64,000 bases of DNA from Octopus bimaculoides (taxonomy: Eukaryota), in contig NC_068990.1 in the NCBI RefSeq assembly GCF_001194135.2, forward strand, positions 40,609,399 to 40,673,398, in the 5' to 3' direction. Positions 23,746 to 35,900 of this stretch are shown here, in pieces. Under the pieces are notes generated by a model. That model was not told the origin of the DNA and did not search any database. It worked only from the letters and a program-made list of their open reading frames with translations. How positions within the stretch are numbered: the stretch's first letter is position 1; each line of letters begins with the position of its first letter. A program made the translations under genes and the position numbers.

Positions 23746-26393
23746 ATGCCTTGTATTGTGGCATGTTTTACATCCCTTTTCATTCTGAATTTAAATTCTG
23801 CCAGAGTTAACTTCACCTTTTATCTGTGATACTAATTAAATTTAATTTGTACTACAAAACCCCACAAAATGTAAGGTCTTTTAGCTAATGTAAGAAATTA
23901 TTATTGGCATATATGCTCATCATTTTTTACATCAATTTGATAGTTAATCAAAATAGGTGGTGTTGCAACAGGCCTGAAATGACTGAGGTCATCAATTAGA
24001 TTTCCACAATCTCTTAGCAATAGACTTGTATCTGAAATTTCAAGTGGACAGCAATGTCCCAATTTTGGGGAAACAAATTTTATTTAATTTCAGTAGCCTA
24101 ACCTCATTTTACATTTATTTGTAACCTAATAAATTGTCTTCTCATTGTTTTATATTTATCACATATGATTATAAAGAATTTGATTGTAAATTAGAAATTA
24201 GTTGCTGATGGCTGGCTATATCTCAGGAATCCATTGATGATGACTATAATATCTGAAGCTTATTTATCAACTATGTCTTGGGATTGTTAGGACTATAACT
24301 GTAAAAGTTTTCATCATGATATTATACTGCTTCATTTCATAAAATGATTATCCTGTAAGAATATCTAAATGCAAAATTAAAGTTATAGGGATTTGTTGTA
24401 TGAGGCATGCAGGAAGCCTTAAGTTGAAGAAGGATGTTAGGTATTCATGATTTTCTAAGGACTTTCTTGCTCAGTGTAAGCAGTTTTGCAGATAATGAAT
24501 CATTAACTCATCATTGTTCGTTGCACTACATGACACCTTACTCATTTGCTATCAAAAAAAAAAAAAAAGAAAAGAAGTGAAGGAAATGGTCAGTATAGCA
24601 AAGAAAATAGCTTAAAGTGATATCTGTCCCCACTACGTCTCCCCCCCCCCCCCANNNNNNNNNNNNCCCCCCATAAACTCCCAGCCCTGAAGACTTTTAA
24701 CCTTATCTACTCAATGTGCTGATAATTTTACCAACATCTTGTCATTATAATTATAAAAGAAAAATAAACAAACTTCCAGCCTATAAAAATAAGCTTCTTC
24801 CTTAATAATTGTACAACTACTTTACTTTTTGTATTTTTTGTTTCATGTTTAAAAATTTTTTTTATCCATCATTGAAACAGCATTCCCACTCTTCCTCTTT
24901 TAATTCTAAAGACATTCCCCCCTCATCTTTATTCTCTTTCTGCTCTACATTAATGCATCTTCTACCTACATTGTAATGCAGTCTAACAATGTTTTTCTTT
25001 CTTTTCTTTCCAATATTCATTACTTCTTTAAAACCTGGCAATTATCTCTGATATAATACACTTATCTACATCTCAGACTCATGTACACGTATACAGAAAT
25101 GTATACGCACAAATATGCACTTGCATTTTATAAAAGAGCATCCAAAGAATTTTTTTCTATACTTTGTCCTTATAAGGAACTGATCTTTATTTTTTAATTT
25201 TGTTGTCAGTTTTCAATACTACAGAGGTCTATCGTTTTCTTTCTCATTAGAGCTAATGGCTTCTGAATATTTATACAATATTGTAGTTGCATGTATTTTC
25301 AGAAAAAAATATTGGTAATATTAGTATTACCTGTCCCTCCACACATTCCACAAACCTGCATAACTCTGCTGTATGTGTATGTTCATGTCTTTATGTGTAT
25401 CTGCAAATACAGGCAAGAAATTTGTTTCTTGAGTATAGCATTATTTTTTTTTTTAAAGTCTTGTATTGGCCCAAAACTCCCATGTAAAATTGTGTAGCAG
25501 ATGTTCTTGTAACTCAGATGCTCCAGCACTGTCACATAGTGTCACACACACACATCTCCTGGGTGTGCACCAAACCTGCTCAAAGTATTTGAATTATTGC
25601 ACCTTATTACACACAAATCCCTTCTACTTCCTAAACTTTGAGATGGTACAAAAATTTAGTGATATTTGTTGATAAAGTGTTTAGAATGTTCTAATGACCC
25701 AGATATTACTGGCATTGTGGCTTGAAGGTTTCAACTTCTATTTCATTTGACCCATTTTGAGAATATCAGCTGGTTAGTGTTAATCAATATATTTATCTAA
25801 CTTCTGGGAATTTATTTTAGATATATCTCAGTTATTTGCAGAATCGGTTAGTAAGGTAATTTTATATTTTAGTTTTCATATTTCATTGTCCTTTTAAAAT
25901 ATAGTTTAAGGAGTGTATGTATTTAGGTATCAAGATATTTTGCAACAAAAATCTATCTATTCAAATTCACTGTTATGAGAGATCATGTGTATTGGACATA
26001 CTCTGTTTAAAAAGTGGAATTTAAAATGCTTTTGTTAATACTGTAATTTTTTTTCCTCTACATTATTATAATGCTAATCCTATATTCAGGTTAACTATTG
26101 ATAAAATCATTTAAAAGATCTGTTTCATTGACCTATTAGGTTTGTCCTAATAACATAAATTATCTTCATATCTTGCTTTCAGCAAATGTCTCACCATTAA
26201 AATCTATTTACTTGAATTTAACATATATCAAGTCTGAGTTTGGTTATTGGGAAAATCTTAACTTTCATAATTTGAAGTGTATATCAGTGTGTGGTTACCT
26301 CTATGTATTTTTTTTACCCAGAAGCACATTAAGATACTTGCAATGGGCCGAAAATAATCAGTGGTAATGACAAACTGGCATCACAACTTCGAA

Positions 26394-26517
26394 GAAATAA
26401 CTTGCAGCATTTCTTTTGACTCTTTGCATCTTCGGAGTTGAAATTTTACTGATGTCAACTTCACTTTATATTCTTTTTGGGTTGATAAAATGAAGTACCA
26501 TGTGACTAAATTTAAAC

Positions 26518-26576
<59 letters not shown>

Positions 26577-26811
26577 GGCAGCAAGCTGGCAGAATTGTTA
26601 GCATGCCGGATGAAATGCTTAGCAGTATTTCGCCCATTGCTACATTCTGAGTTCAAATTCCACTGAGGTCAACTTTACCTTTCATTTTTTCGGGATCGAT
26701 AAATTAAGTACCAGTTGAGTACTGGGGTCAATGTAATCGACTATCCTCTTCCCCCAAATTTCAGGCTTTGTTCCTATAATAGAAAGGATTATTATTATTA
26801 TTATTATTATT
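26394..26811 (+). mobile_element. SINE family 1, a fragment plus a full-length copy (26575-26811) separated by (ATT)n
   Basis: aaggcagcaagctggcagaattgttagcatgccggatgaaatgcttagc...gagttcaaattcc...ccccaaatttcaggc...agaaaggatt(att)n. Confidence 0.88.
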
Positions 26812-27320
26812 CAGTAGTCTTATTTTTATCATGTGTTTCCACCTCACTACCAAGCGCAGCTCTGTGTGCCTTGGGTATGTGTTGTGGTGTTCTTATTTTC
26901 ACTGTAGTGAAAGTGCTTTGCGTAGGATGTGTGCAGTGCCTAGTAATGCTATTTTCTGTTTGTTATATATACTTGTAAGTTCTGGAGTTTTTGTTATGCA
27001 TTTGTCTGAATGTTTTTTTTATTATACCTAATGCGCCCACAGTAATAGGAATTGTGTCTGTTTTTAAATTTCACATTCGAGTTACCTCTATTTCCAGGTC
27101 TTTGTATTTCAAAAGTTTCTCCGTTTCTTTTAGAGAAACAGTCATCTGTTGGTATTGATACACTATTAGAAAGCACTTTTTTTCTTGGTGATCTTTGACA
27201 ACTATATCCAGTATATTGGCCTTAATCTCGCTATCTGTGTGTTGGTATATCTAAGAGTATGGTTGTTTTGTGACCTTTTCTGGCATATTATTATTATTAT
27301 TATTATTATTAATATTTTTT

Positions 27321-27940
27321 AAGGCGGCAGAACCATTAGCATGCTTGACAAAATTATGGTTATAAGTTCAGATTCTGCCATGGTTGACATGGACTTTCTT
27401 CCTTTCAGAGTCGACAAAGTAAGTACCAGTGGATTACTGGGGTTAATGTAATTGACTACACCCTCCCGCAAAATTTCAAGCCTGTATAAGAGAGGATTTA
27501 TTATTGTTGTTGTTAGACGGTGTAAAGTGGTAGAATCAATTGAGCATTGAACAAGATGCATGCATATTTAGCTATATCTCTTTTCGTTTTGAATGAAAAT
27601 CTTGCTGAATTGGTTTTGTTTCCATCCATCTAGAGTTGGTAAAATAAGCACCAATCAAATACTCTTGGGACAGTTATATCACATAGCCATCATCAATGAA
27701 TTTGCAGCTTTGTGCTTATATGTTAATCATTGTCAGAATCGTTACCACACTGGGCAAATTTCTCAGTGGTATTTCGTCCATCTTAATGATCCGAGTTGAA
27801 ATTTCACCAAGGTCGACTTTGTATTTAATCCTTTCGAAGTCAATAAAACAAGTACCAGTTGAGCACAGGGGTCAGTGTAATTGACTTAACTCCTTCCTAA
27901 AACTTGCTGGTCTTGTGCTAAAATTTGAAACCATTGTTAT
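27321..27940 (+). mobile_element. SINE family 1, three degraded tandem copies
   Basis: Units at about 27321-27512, 27513-27680 and 27729-27940 carry the shared head, B box and aagtaccagt core. Confidence 0.7.
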
Positions 27941-28540
27941 CTTTTTATTTGAATAAGTCTTGCTAATAAGTAATATTTGCCGAAACCAAGATCACCACCA
28001 GAGTGTGTGTAGCCTTGTACCAACTTTTGAAATTACTATTCATGTAGAATTATGACTTATGGTCTATAATAAGGTTAGGATTTTATTGTCAATATGAATG
28101 AAATAAATAGAACAAATACATAAATTTCCATTTTTCCTGCAAAATTGTACAGATAATAATTTCACCTGCGACTTGTAGCACAAAACAACTTCAACACAAT
28201 TTCTTTGATTTAATTACATTTATGAAGTTGCTTAAATTTTTAACATTCTTCTGACGAAAGAAGAAAGCAAAAACTTGTGGTTAATTTTTAGTTTGTCTTT
28301 AGATTCCTCCCTCATACCATCTCACTAGCTTTAAACATTTAATAGATGCCAGTAGTTTAGATGTTTCTTATTCCCATTTTGTAGTCATCTCACTTTAGCT
28401 ATACTATTCATGCCTTTGAAAATGAATGAATGTTTATTAAGAATTTTTTATTCTCCTCCCCAATAAATATACATGAATACCGTTGAAATGAAACTAAAGA
28501 AATTGACTTTAAAAAAAAAAAATTTAAGCATGTTATATAT

Positions 28541-28726
28541 ATTGGTTTCAAATTTTGGCACCAGGCCTGAAATTTGGGGTGGTGGGATAGGTACTTATTT
28601 TTTCAACCTTGAAAGAATGAAAGGCAGAGTCAGCTTCGATGGAATTTGAACCCGGAATGTAAAGACAGGTGAAATATCGTTAAGCATTTTGATCAGTGTA
28701 CTGATGATTCTGCTAGCTCACTACTT
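28541..28726 (-). mobile_element. SINE family 1, minus-strand copy
   Basis: attggtttcaaattttggcaccaggcctgaaattt...gaatgaaaggcagagtc..aatttgaacc...gatgattctgctagctcac. Confidence 0.8.
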
Positions 28727-31537
28727 TGCAGGTGATATATTTGTCAAACATCCTGTCTTGATATTGTAGGATGTAATAGGCCAGTCGTTCAACATGGATT
28801 CAACTGATTTACTATGACAGAGTTGCATTTAGCCTCAGAAACTTAAGTAAACAACCAAACTTTATATCTTTCCACCATATCTGCATTTTTGCTTGTCCCC
28901 ATCCAAATTAAAATTATCCAGTCAGTGCACATATAAGTTTCTTTTCTTTCATTTAATTATTTACATGTGATAAAAAAGGTATGTTTGCAGTAGTCTTGAA
29001 TTTCTACCTTAATACTTTCACTTGGGTAAGATTGATGAATATATACTTTAACTAATTTCTTGTTTTTATTTATCATTATGATAAGAGAATTCATGTTTCT
29101 TATTATGTAGATGTTCAGTTTCTTTATCTTTTTATTTTTCCTCCAGATCACTAGTGGTGGGACTGGTTAATTTACTTATGAGAAAAAGTTCTGAACTCTA
29201 GGAAATGTTTTAAATTTCTCATAACATATTTTTACTGTTCAACTTCCTTGAATGATTACTCAGTGATAAATCTTGTGTTTATCTATGACTTTTAGTTCTA
29301 CTGATTCAAAAATTTGTGGTTAAGTATAATGGATTTTTTTTATTTGATCTTTTGCTTTCCAGATGAAAATAATTATCTATGGCTAAGGGATTATTCTATC
29401 AAAATAATTACTTTAATAAATAGTTATAAGGGATGATGATTGGCTTCTGTGATGCTTGTAGCTTATATTTCTAGTAAGTCAAAATGTGTGTGTGTACATA
29501 TTTCTGTAGTCGGGTGAGTTTTTCATTTGTATTTAGATATGAGTACATACATTTGCTTTATGTATGCAATATCTTTATGCCTATGTATTTGTGTTTTCTT
29601 CTGTATGGAGACTTTGAATACATAGCCTTTGGTATGGTATGGTAGTGTAAAATTTTATGCATATGTGGAGATATGTTTGGATATGTAGAATGAAGCAGAG
29701 CTATGCTTATGCATCTATGTATGTGCTTCGATAACAAGATGGAAGATATATTTGCTTCTCAACAATATTAGCTCTCTTTACCAAACCAGCCTCGTTTCTG
29801 TTTATCTGATCCCTTTATAGATGCCACCTGGCAGCATCTTCAGACTGTCAAATGGCTATGTATGTCTGTCTCTCTCTTTCTCTAATTAATGATGTCATGA
29901 CTCTAAGGTCAAATAGTAATAGAGGTGTGGGACACTTCTAACCTTGCTATGTGACCAATCATCATTCTCAACGTTATCATTACTGCCATCTTCCTCCTCA
30001 TTCCCATTGTGTTATCATCGTTACTACCATAATCATCATTACCATCACTATTTGCTATTTTTTGCTTCTGCTTCAAGCAGTTCAGTTCAATTTTGATTAT
30101 CTACAGATGATGATGATTGATCTACCTTATTGTATACCTCTGTGTATATACTTGCATCTAGCTTCGTTTTCTGGATCTACATGCATGTTTTAAAATATGT
30201 TCACCTGTGTAATGTTTATGCATTTTTGTATTGTTTGTTAGCCTACGAATTAGTGTTTGTGTATTTATATTTGTGCATCCAGTTGTATGTGCGAATGTAT
30301 CTACTTCCAGCTCAAAAGCTCTATATTTATACATGTATAATACCATAATGCAAAAAAAAACTTATGAAGTTTCTCTTTTTCCTTCAAAGTTTAGCAAGAT
30401 CTACAAAGTACTTTTTCTTTCAATTTGATTGCACTTAACCACTCGGTTATGTGTAAGGGAGATGAGAGAGAGAGGAAGCTGTTTTCTCTTTCCATTTCAT
30501 TTCTATTCAATTTGAACCATTCCTTGTGATGTGCTAATCCCATTAAGGAACAACAGCTTCTGTTGAGTTCTTCATCCTTCTTCTATCAAAGAAATATGAA
30601 GTTGCTGTTGCTATGCAATGAAGGCAGTATTGGTGGAATCAAGTGTATCTTTCAAACAACTTATAGGAATTGGATTTCTTTGTGTATATGTACATACATT
30701 TGTATAGTGGCAGTGTTGTTTTTTGGTATACCTTTTAGAAACTAACTTTCGGAAACTGAATTCTGTGTTGCATTTCGTTGGGTGAAAAGGCATCTTTGGT
30801 TTTGTTTATATACTCTAGAAACTTATACAAATTGGATTTTTATGCATTTTGTTTATGTGTATAGAGTAAGAGCTTACACATATGTACTAGTTAGTAAAAT
30901 AATTTTTATTCTTAATTCATGAAATACTGGAAAAAGAAGTTTCATATCTTAAGATCTTTTAATTAACATTTATATTTTCAATTTTTAAAATGTACATGCT
31001 TTGCAATATTCTTATAAGAAATTGAATCTAATTCATTAAATTTTGGCGGAGTCACTGTCATTTCAATTTACAATGCTATATAACTTCGCTGAACGTTGTG
31101 AATACCTCATAAAAAAATAAATGTGTAATATATTTATAGGTAATGTATTCTAAATGGCTTTTTTAATGTGTCTAGTTTTACTAGTTAATTTAACCTCCAG
31201 TTGAAAACAACTTTTACCAACAGGGATTGATAGAGGATGGATGCTGCCATTTTCAGGTCCTTCTCACTTTTTTGATTTTAATATAAATCCAATAAGTGCG
31301 GTGATTTGAATTTAGTGTCTGAGGGTCAACCTTCAAGGAACTTTTTTATAAGAATAAGCAAAAATGTAGAAGTTTAAAAAAATTCAATCCTAATTAAAAG
31401 ATGGCTGTAAGATCTTAAAATATGAAACTTCTTTTATCATTGTTTCATAAATTCAGAAGAGAATTTATTTTTCTGACTAGTAGATCACATATGTAAATAT
31501 AAACTTTTACTCTTTCTCTATATACCTAACCAGCGGA

Positions 31538-31572
31538 TGGACAGGCTGCAAAAACTTTTTGCAGCCTGTCCA
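31538..31572. repeat. Perfect interrupted palindrome, 17+1+17 bp
   Basis: TGGACAGGCTGCAAAAA-C-TTTTTGCAGCCTGTCCA; the arms are exact reverse complements. Confidence 0.95.
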
Positions 31573-31664
31573 GACAATGTCCTTTTATGTGCTGTATTTT
31601 TGACAAAGAAGAGAAATGTTTGAGTGATGGATGTAGTCAAAATGACTTGTTTTCTTTCGTTCAT

Positions 31665-31755
31665 TCTCAACATTGAGTTCAAATCCTATTGGATTTTCAT
31701 CCTTTCGGAAGTTGATAAAATAAATGGCAAGCAAGTATTGGGATCAATTTAAATG
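31665..31755 (+). mobile_element. SINE family 1 fragment
   Basis: gagttcaaatcc...ttttcatcctttcggaagttgataaaataaa. Confidence 0.55.
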
Positions 31756-32044
31756 TTTTATCTTCTTTTTTTTTTTTTTTAAATTGATGCAATTTATATA
31801 TTGTCAGAATTTCTACTCTACTTTAAAGTAAGACATGCTAAACTTAGGGGATCAGAATTATACACTTTGTTCACAAGCACAATACAATATTGGCAGCTAT
31901 AAAGATTTGTGCTCCAATTTGTTTGTAATGCAGCTCCTTAAACTTCACAGTCCACTTGCATATTTCTTGACTCTTTGATATTCATGCTTTACAAAATGTT
32001 AATTTAGATAATATTTATTCTTGACTATGTTTCATCTAAGAATG

Positions 32045-32064
32045 TTGTTTATTTTCTATTCCAG
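32045..32064 (+). promoter_or_regulatory. Probable 3' splice acceptor of the exon carrying the zinc-finger CDS
   Basis: Polypyrimidine tract plus CAG (ttgttttattttctattccag|) ending at 32064, 171 nt before the ATG. Confidence 0.6.
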
Positions 32065-32066
32065 AC

Positions 32067-32234
32067 ATGAAAATTGGAATACGGGTCAGTGACTATTATG
32101 AATGTATGCAAAGTTCAACATGGATAAAACAAATAGTGGCCACAAGATGTATTGTTTCTACTGAAAAAACCAGAAATACCTCATTGTATTCTGCATATAT
32201 TTCTATCAAGAAAAGAAGCCAGCTGATTCACTAG
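32067..32234 (+). other. Upstream ORF, 55 aa (MKIGIRVSDYYECMQSSTWIKQIVATRCIVSTEKTRNTSLYSAYISIKKRSQLIH*)
   Basis: Translated by hand: ATG at 32067, no stop until TAG at 32232-32234, then one G, then the main ATG. It is below the 60-aa cutoff of the supplied ORF track. Confidence 0.6.
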
Positions 32235-32235
32235 G

Positions 32236-32954
32236 ATGAAGTCGAACCGTCGTAAGCAAACAAAACCAAACCGAGTTTCTTATAGTGCAGATTTGGATTC
32301 TGGAGAAACTGTATCAAAACAGTTTGAAAACCCTCCAGACTATGATTTGGAAGACTGTGGAGAGAGGCTGACCAATGATGAAGACGACACCAGCCAACTG
32401 AAGGAAGAGGCTGCTGATAATTTCTCTTCTGGCCAAAGTTGTCCCGAACTCTTACCATCAGTGTCTCCACAACCACAAGTACCACAGTTACAGCAATTAC
32501 CTCCCTTACAACTACCACAACAACAACTAGGGCCAGTGCCACTACCACCACCACCACCACCACCACCACCACCAGCAATACCACTACCACTACCAACATT
32601 ACAACAACTACCACCTCAACAGTTACCTCTCCAACCGCCAGCTCCAATACACATACCACCACAGTTATCACCACCACAGCTGTCAACACAGTTAACTCCA
32701 TTAACCCCACAACATATAGTACCACACCCATTACCTCCACAGCAAATATCACCCTCTCAAATATCACCTTCACAGATATCACCTCCACAGGTATCGCCCC
32801 AACATATACCTGCGCAAATATCCCAACAACAGTCTCCATTACCTTCACCACATCATCAACAACACTCACCACCACAGCAACAATCAACTGTACCTTCACC
32901 AACACCACCACTACCACCACCGCCACCACCACCACAACAATCACAACTACCACC

Positions 32955-32988
<34 letters not shown>

Positions 32989-35900
32989 CCACTGCTGGAA
33001 CCTGAAAAAGAACTACCACCCCAAGAAAACCACATCAGTGGTTTGAAACCAGAACATTGGCAGATATTTCCAACTGAATACCATCGCTTAGCAAATGAAC
33101 TCCAGCAAAGTATAAAACCACAGTCCAATGGTCAGAATGGCTTGGAGCCAACAGGCATACTTACAATAGTGCCCACTTCTGTGCCTCTTTCCAGCATACC
33201 AGGCCTTGATCCCACTGAGGCAGAATCCAAAGACTCAACTGGTGAACTCAGTATAAAAAATGATGGTACCCGGATATTTCATCCTGATGCCTACTGTGAA
33301 ATATGTGATAGAGAATTTTGTAACAAATATTTTCTGAAAACGCATAAAGCTAACAAGCATGGTATCTATGAGAATGCACCGTCACCATTTTCAATGAACA
33401 CATTTCCTTCAATGATTCCTCCCCCTCCACCTCAGCAACAGCCGCCTCAAGAGCAAATTGTCACACCATCATCATATAGATTAGATCCTCAGTCACAGAA
33501 TCAGAAAGTAATTACTGAAGGCAGTGTCAATCAAGACTTGGAAGACTATTGTGAGTTATGTCAGAAGCACTTCTGCAACAAATACTACCTCAAAAAACAC
33601 AAACAGGATGTTCACGGCATTGCGCCGGAGAGCTGCAACAATTTCAGACGTATACGTCCAGTCGACATCCCTACGTCCGTCGCTGTTACCTCGTCATCCA
33701 TTATTGTACCTCAGTCCATGGCCAGCATGCCTAATATGGCTGGTGTTATGGTGTTGAACCCTTTTGTACCTCCTGTAGCGATAATCCCAGCACAGCCTCT
33801 GTTGCACCAGCCCCAGCCGCAGATGCAACCACACAATAATTCAGTCCTTTCTCAGCCCATCGCCACTCCACACATGGAAGCTGCACCAACACAACAGATA
33901 CCATCTCCTCAACAGAAGCAACAACAAATGCAAAACCAGCAGCAGATTCAAAACCAACAACAACAGCAGCAGCCACAACTGCAAAATCCACAGCAACAAC
34001 AACTACAGAATCAACAACAACACTCGCCACTGCAGAACCACCAACAGCAACATCAGCAACAGCATTTGCAGAATCACCAGCAACAATTACAGACTCAACA
34101 ATTGCCGAATCACCAGCAACAACAGTTGCAAACACAGCAGCAACAGTTACAGAATCACCAACAAGTGCTGCAGCAGCAAATACAAAATCACCAACAACAA
34201 ATACAAAACCACCAACAACAACAACAAACGCAACAGCAGCAGCAACCTCTACCACTACCACTTCCACCACCAGCATCTCAGTCCTCACAATCGCAGCCAC
34301 AGCCACCATCATCAAGTTCCGCCCCGCCAGCACAACCCATTGCAAGTGATGCACTTCGTAGTATTGGGGTTCTAAATGCAGAAGCGTACTGTGAGATTTG
34401 TCGTAAAGAGTTCTGCAATAAATATTTCCTAAAGATCCACAAAGCCAACATGCATAATATTTATACTGACGAGATGAAACCACAGCTACAGCAACCACAA
34501 ATTTCGTCCAGAATAGCTACTGAGCCTGACCATCCTGATGTGAAACAGGAACCAGGACTTCTTAGAGACCAAGCAAAAGAAGATGCATTGTCTGGGCGTG
34601 TATCTCAGGAGCAAGGAATGCCTCTTGTCATGAAACCAAAGGACATGGGAATGAAGGAAGCAGAACAGATGAAGGAGCAAATGCTCTCCAAAGAAGCTAT
34701 TAGTTTAAGCAAGGATCTCACAAACCTGAAAGATCCTTCTGTTCTCAAAAATCTAGCACTTATGAAGGGGTCTGGAACAAACGATATTCCTCAAAATCTC
34801 TTGACAAGTACTGGTGTTAACGTGTCCCAGTCCAGCATGATCAGCTCTGTGGTGGGCCTGTCCCAGAACATTCTTTCAAATTCCAACAGTGAGTGTTATG
34901 TCACTTACTGCAACATCTGTAACAGAGAATTCTCAAGCAAATACAGCTACCGCATTCATCGCATGAACGTGCATGGTGTCTTTCATGAAACACCTTCCAA
35001 GAGCCATCCGCTGGATGGTCAGTTACCAAGTGACATGTCTGCACGGATTAAATCCATGCCTGGATTTGTTGGCAGCGACATGAGAAATGGAAACTGTGTC
35101 ACTGACAGCAGCGGAATGCCCACACTCTTTGGAAACATGATTGCAGCAAAGCTTGCAGATCGCGTTACCTGCGACATCTGTAGCAAAGAGTTGTGCAATA
35201 AGTATTTTCTTAAGAACCACAAGCTAAAAGTACATGGAATTGATATCATGTCTGCTGAGAAGGAGAACAAGCAGAGTGAGGGGAAATCAGTTTCTCCTAA
35301 GCTGAATTTGTTTAAAGATAATCAAAAGGAATACATACGTGATATTATTCGAGATCAAGCAAAAGAGCTAGCCTTATTAGAGATGCAGAAAGTTGATATG
35401 AATGGCAAAGAGTTTCTGACCTCAATGTGTAATATTGAGAAACCTGACCACCATGAACTGGTGAAAATGGGCATTGACCCAGAAGCATATTGTGAAATCT
35501 GCAAAAAAGAGCTGTGCAGTAAATATTTTCTCCGAACCCATAAGTTGAACATTCATGGCATCAAGTCAGATAGAATTGACAGTAAAACCATTGACAAGAT
35601 GCAGTTACCTCAGCCAAATAAAAAGTTGATAAATAATTTAGCTGTGAGTATGAGCATGGATGGTTTTCAACCAAATGAAAGTTTTGAAAAACATACATGG
35701 CGATGGAAAGAACCAGTGAATTCTTCTCGTGTGATTTGTGACATCTGTAACAAGGAGTTGTGCAACAAGTATTTCTTACGAACTCATAAGCTGAACAAGC
35801 ATGGAATCTTACCAACAGCTGAGGAACAGAAAATCACTCCAAGCCCTTCCATGCGGTCTTCTCCCGTAGACAGTGGTAGCATTGGTAATGCCTCCCCTGG

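Noticed and set aside
30427-30450. ATTGCACTT, resembling the miR-92 seed
   Set aside because: The rest does not match miR-92 and there is no precursor hairpin.
32231-33128. Overlapping ORFs: Val-rich 262 aa (-), Thr-rich 188 aa (+), Cys/Gly-rich 90 aa (-)
   Set aside because: They are shadows of the CCA/CAA/CAG-rich P/Q region of the real CDS, whose other frames lack stops.
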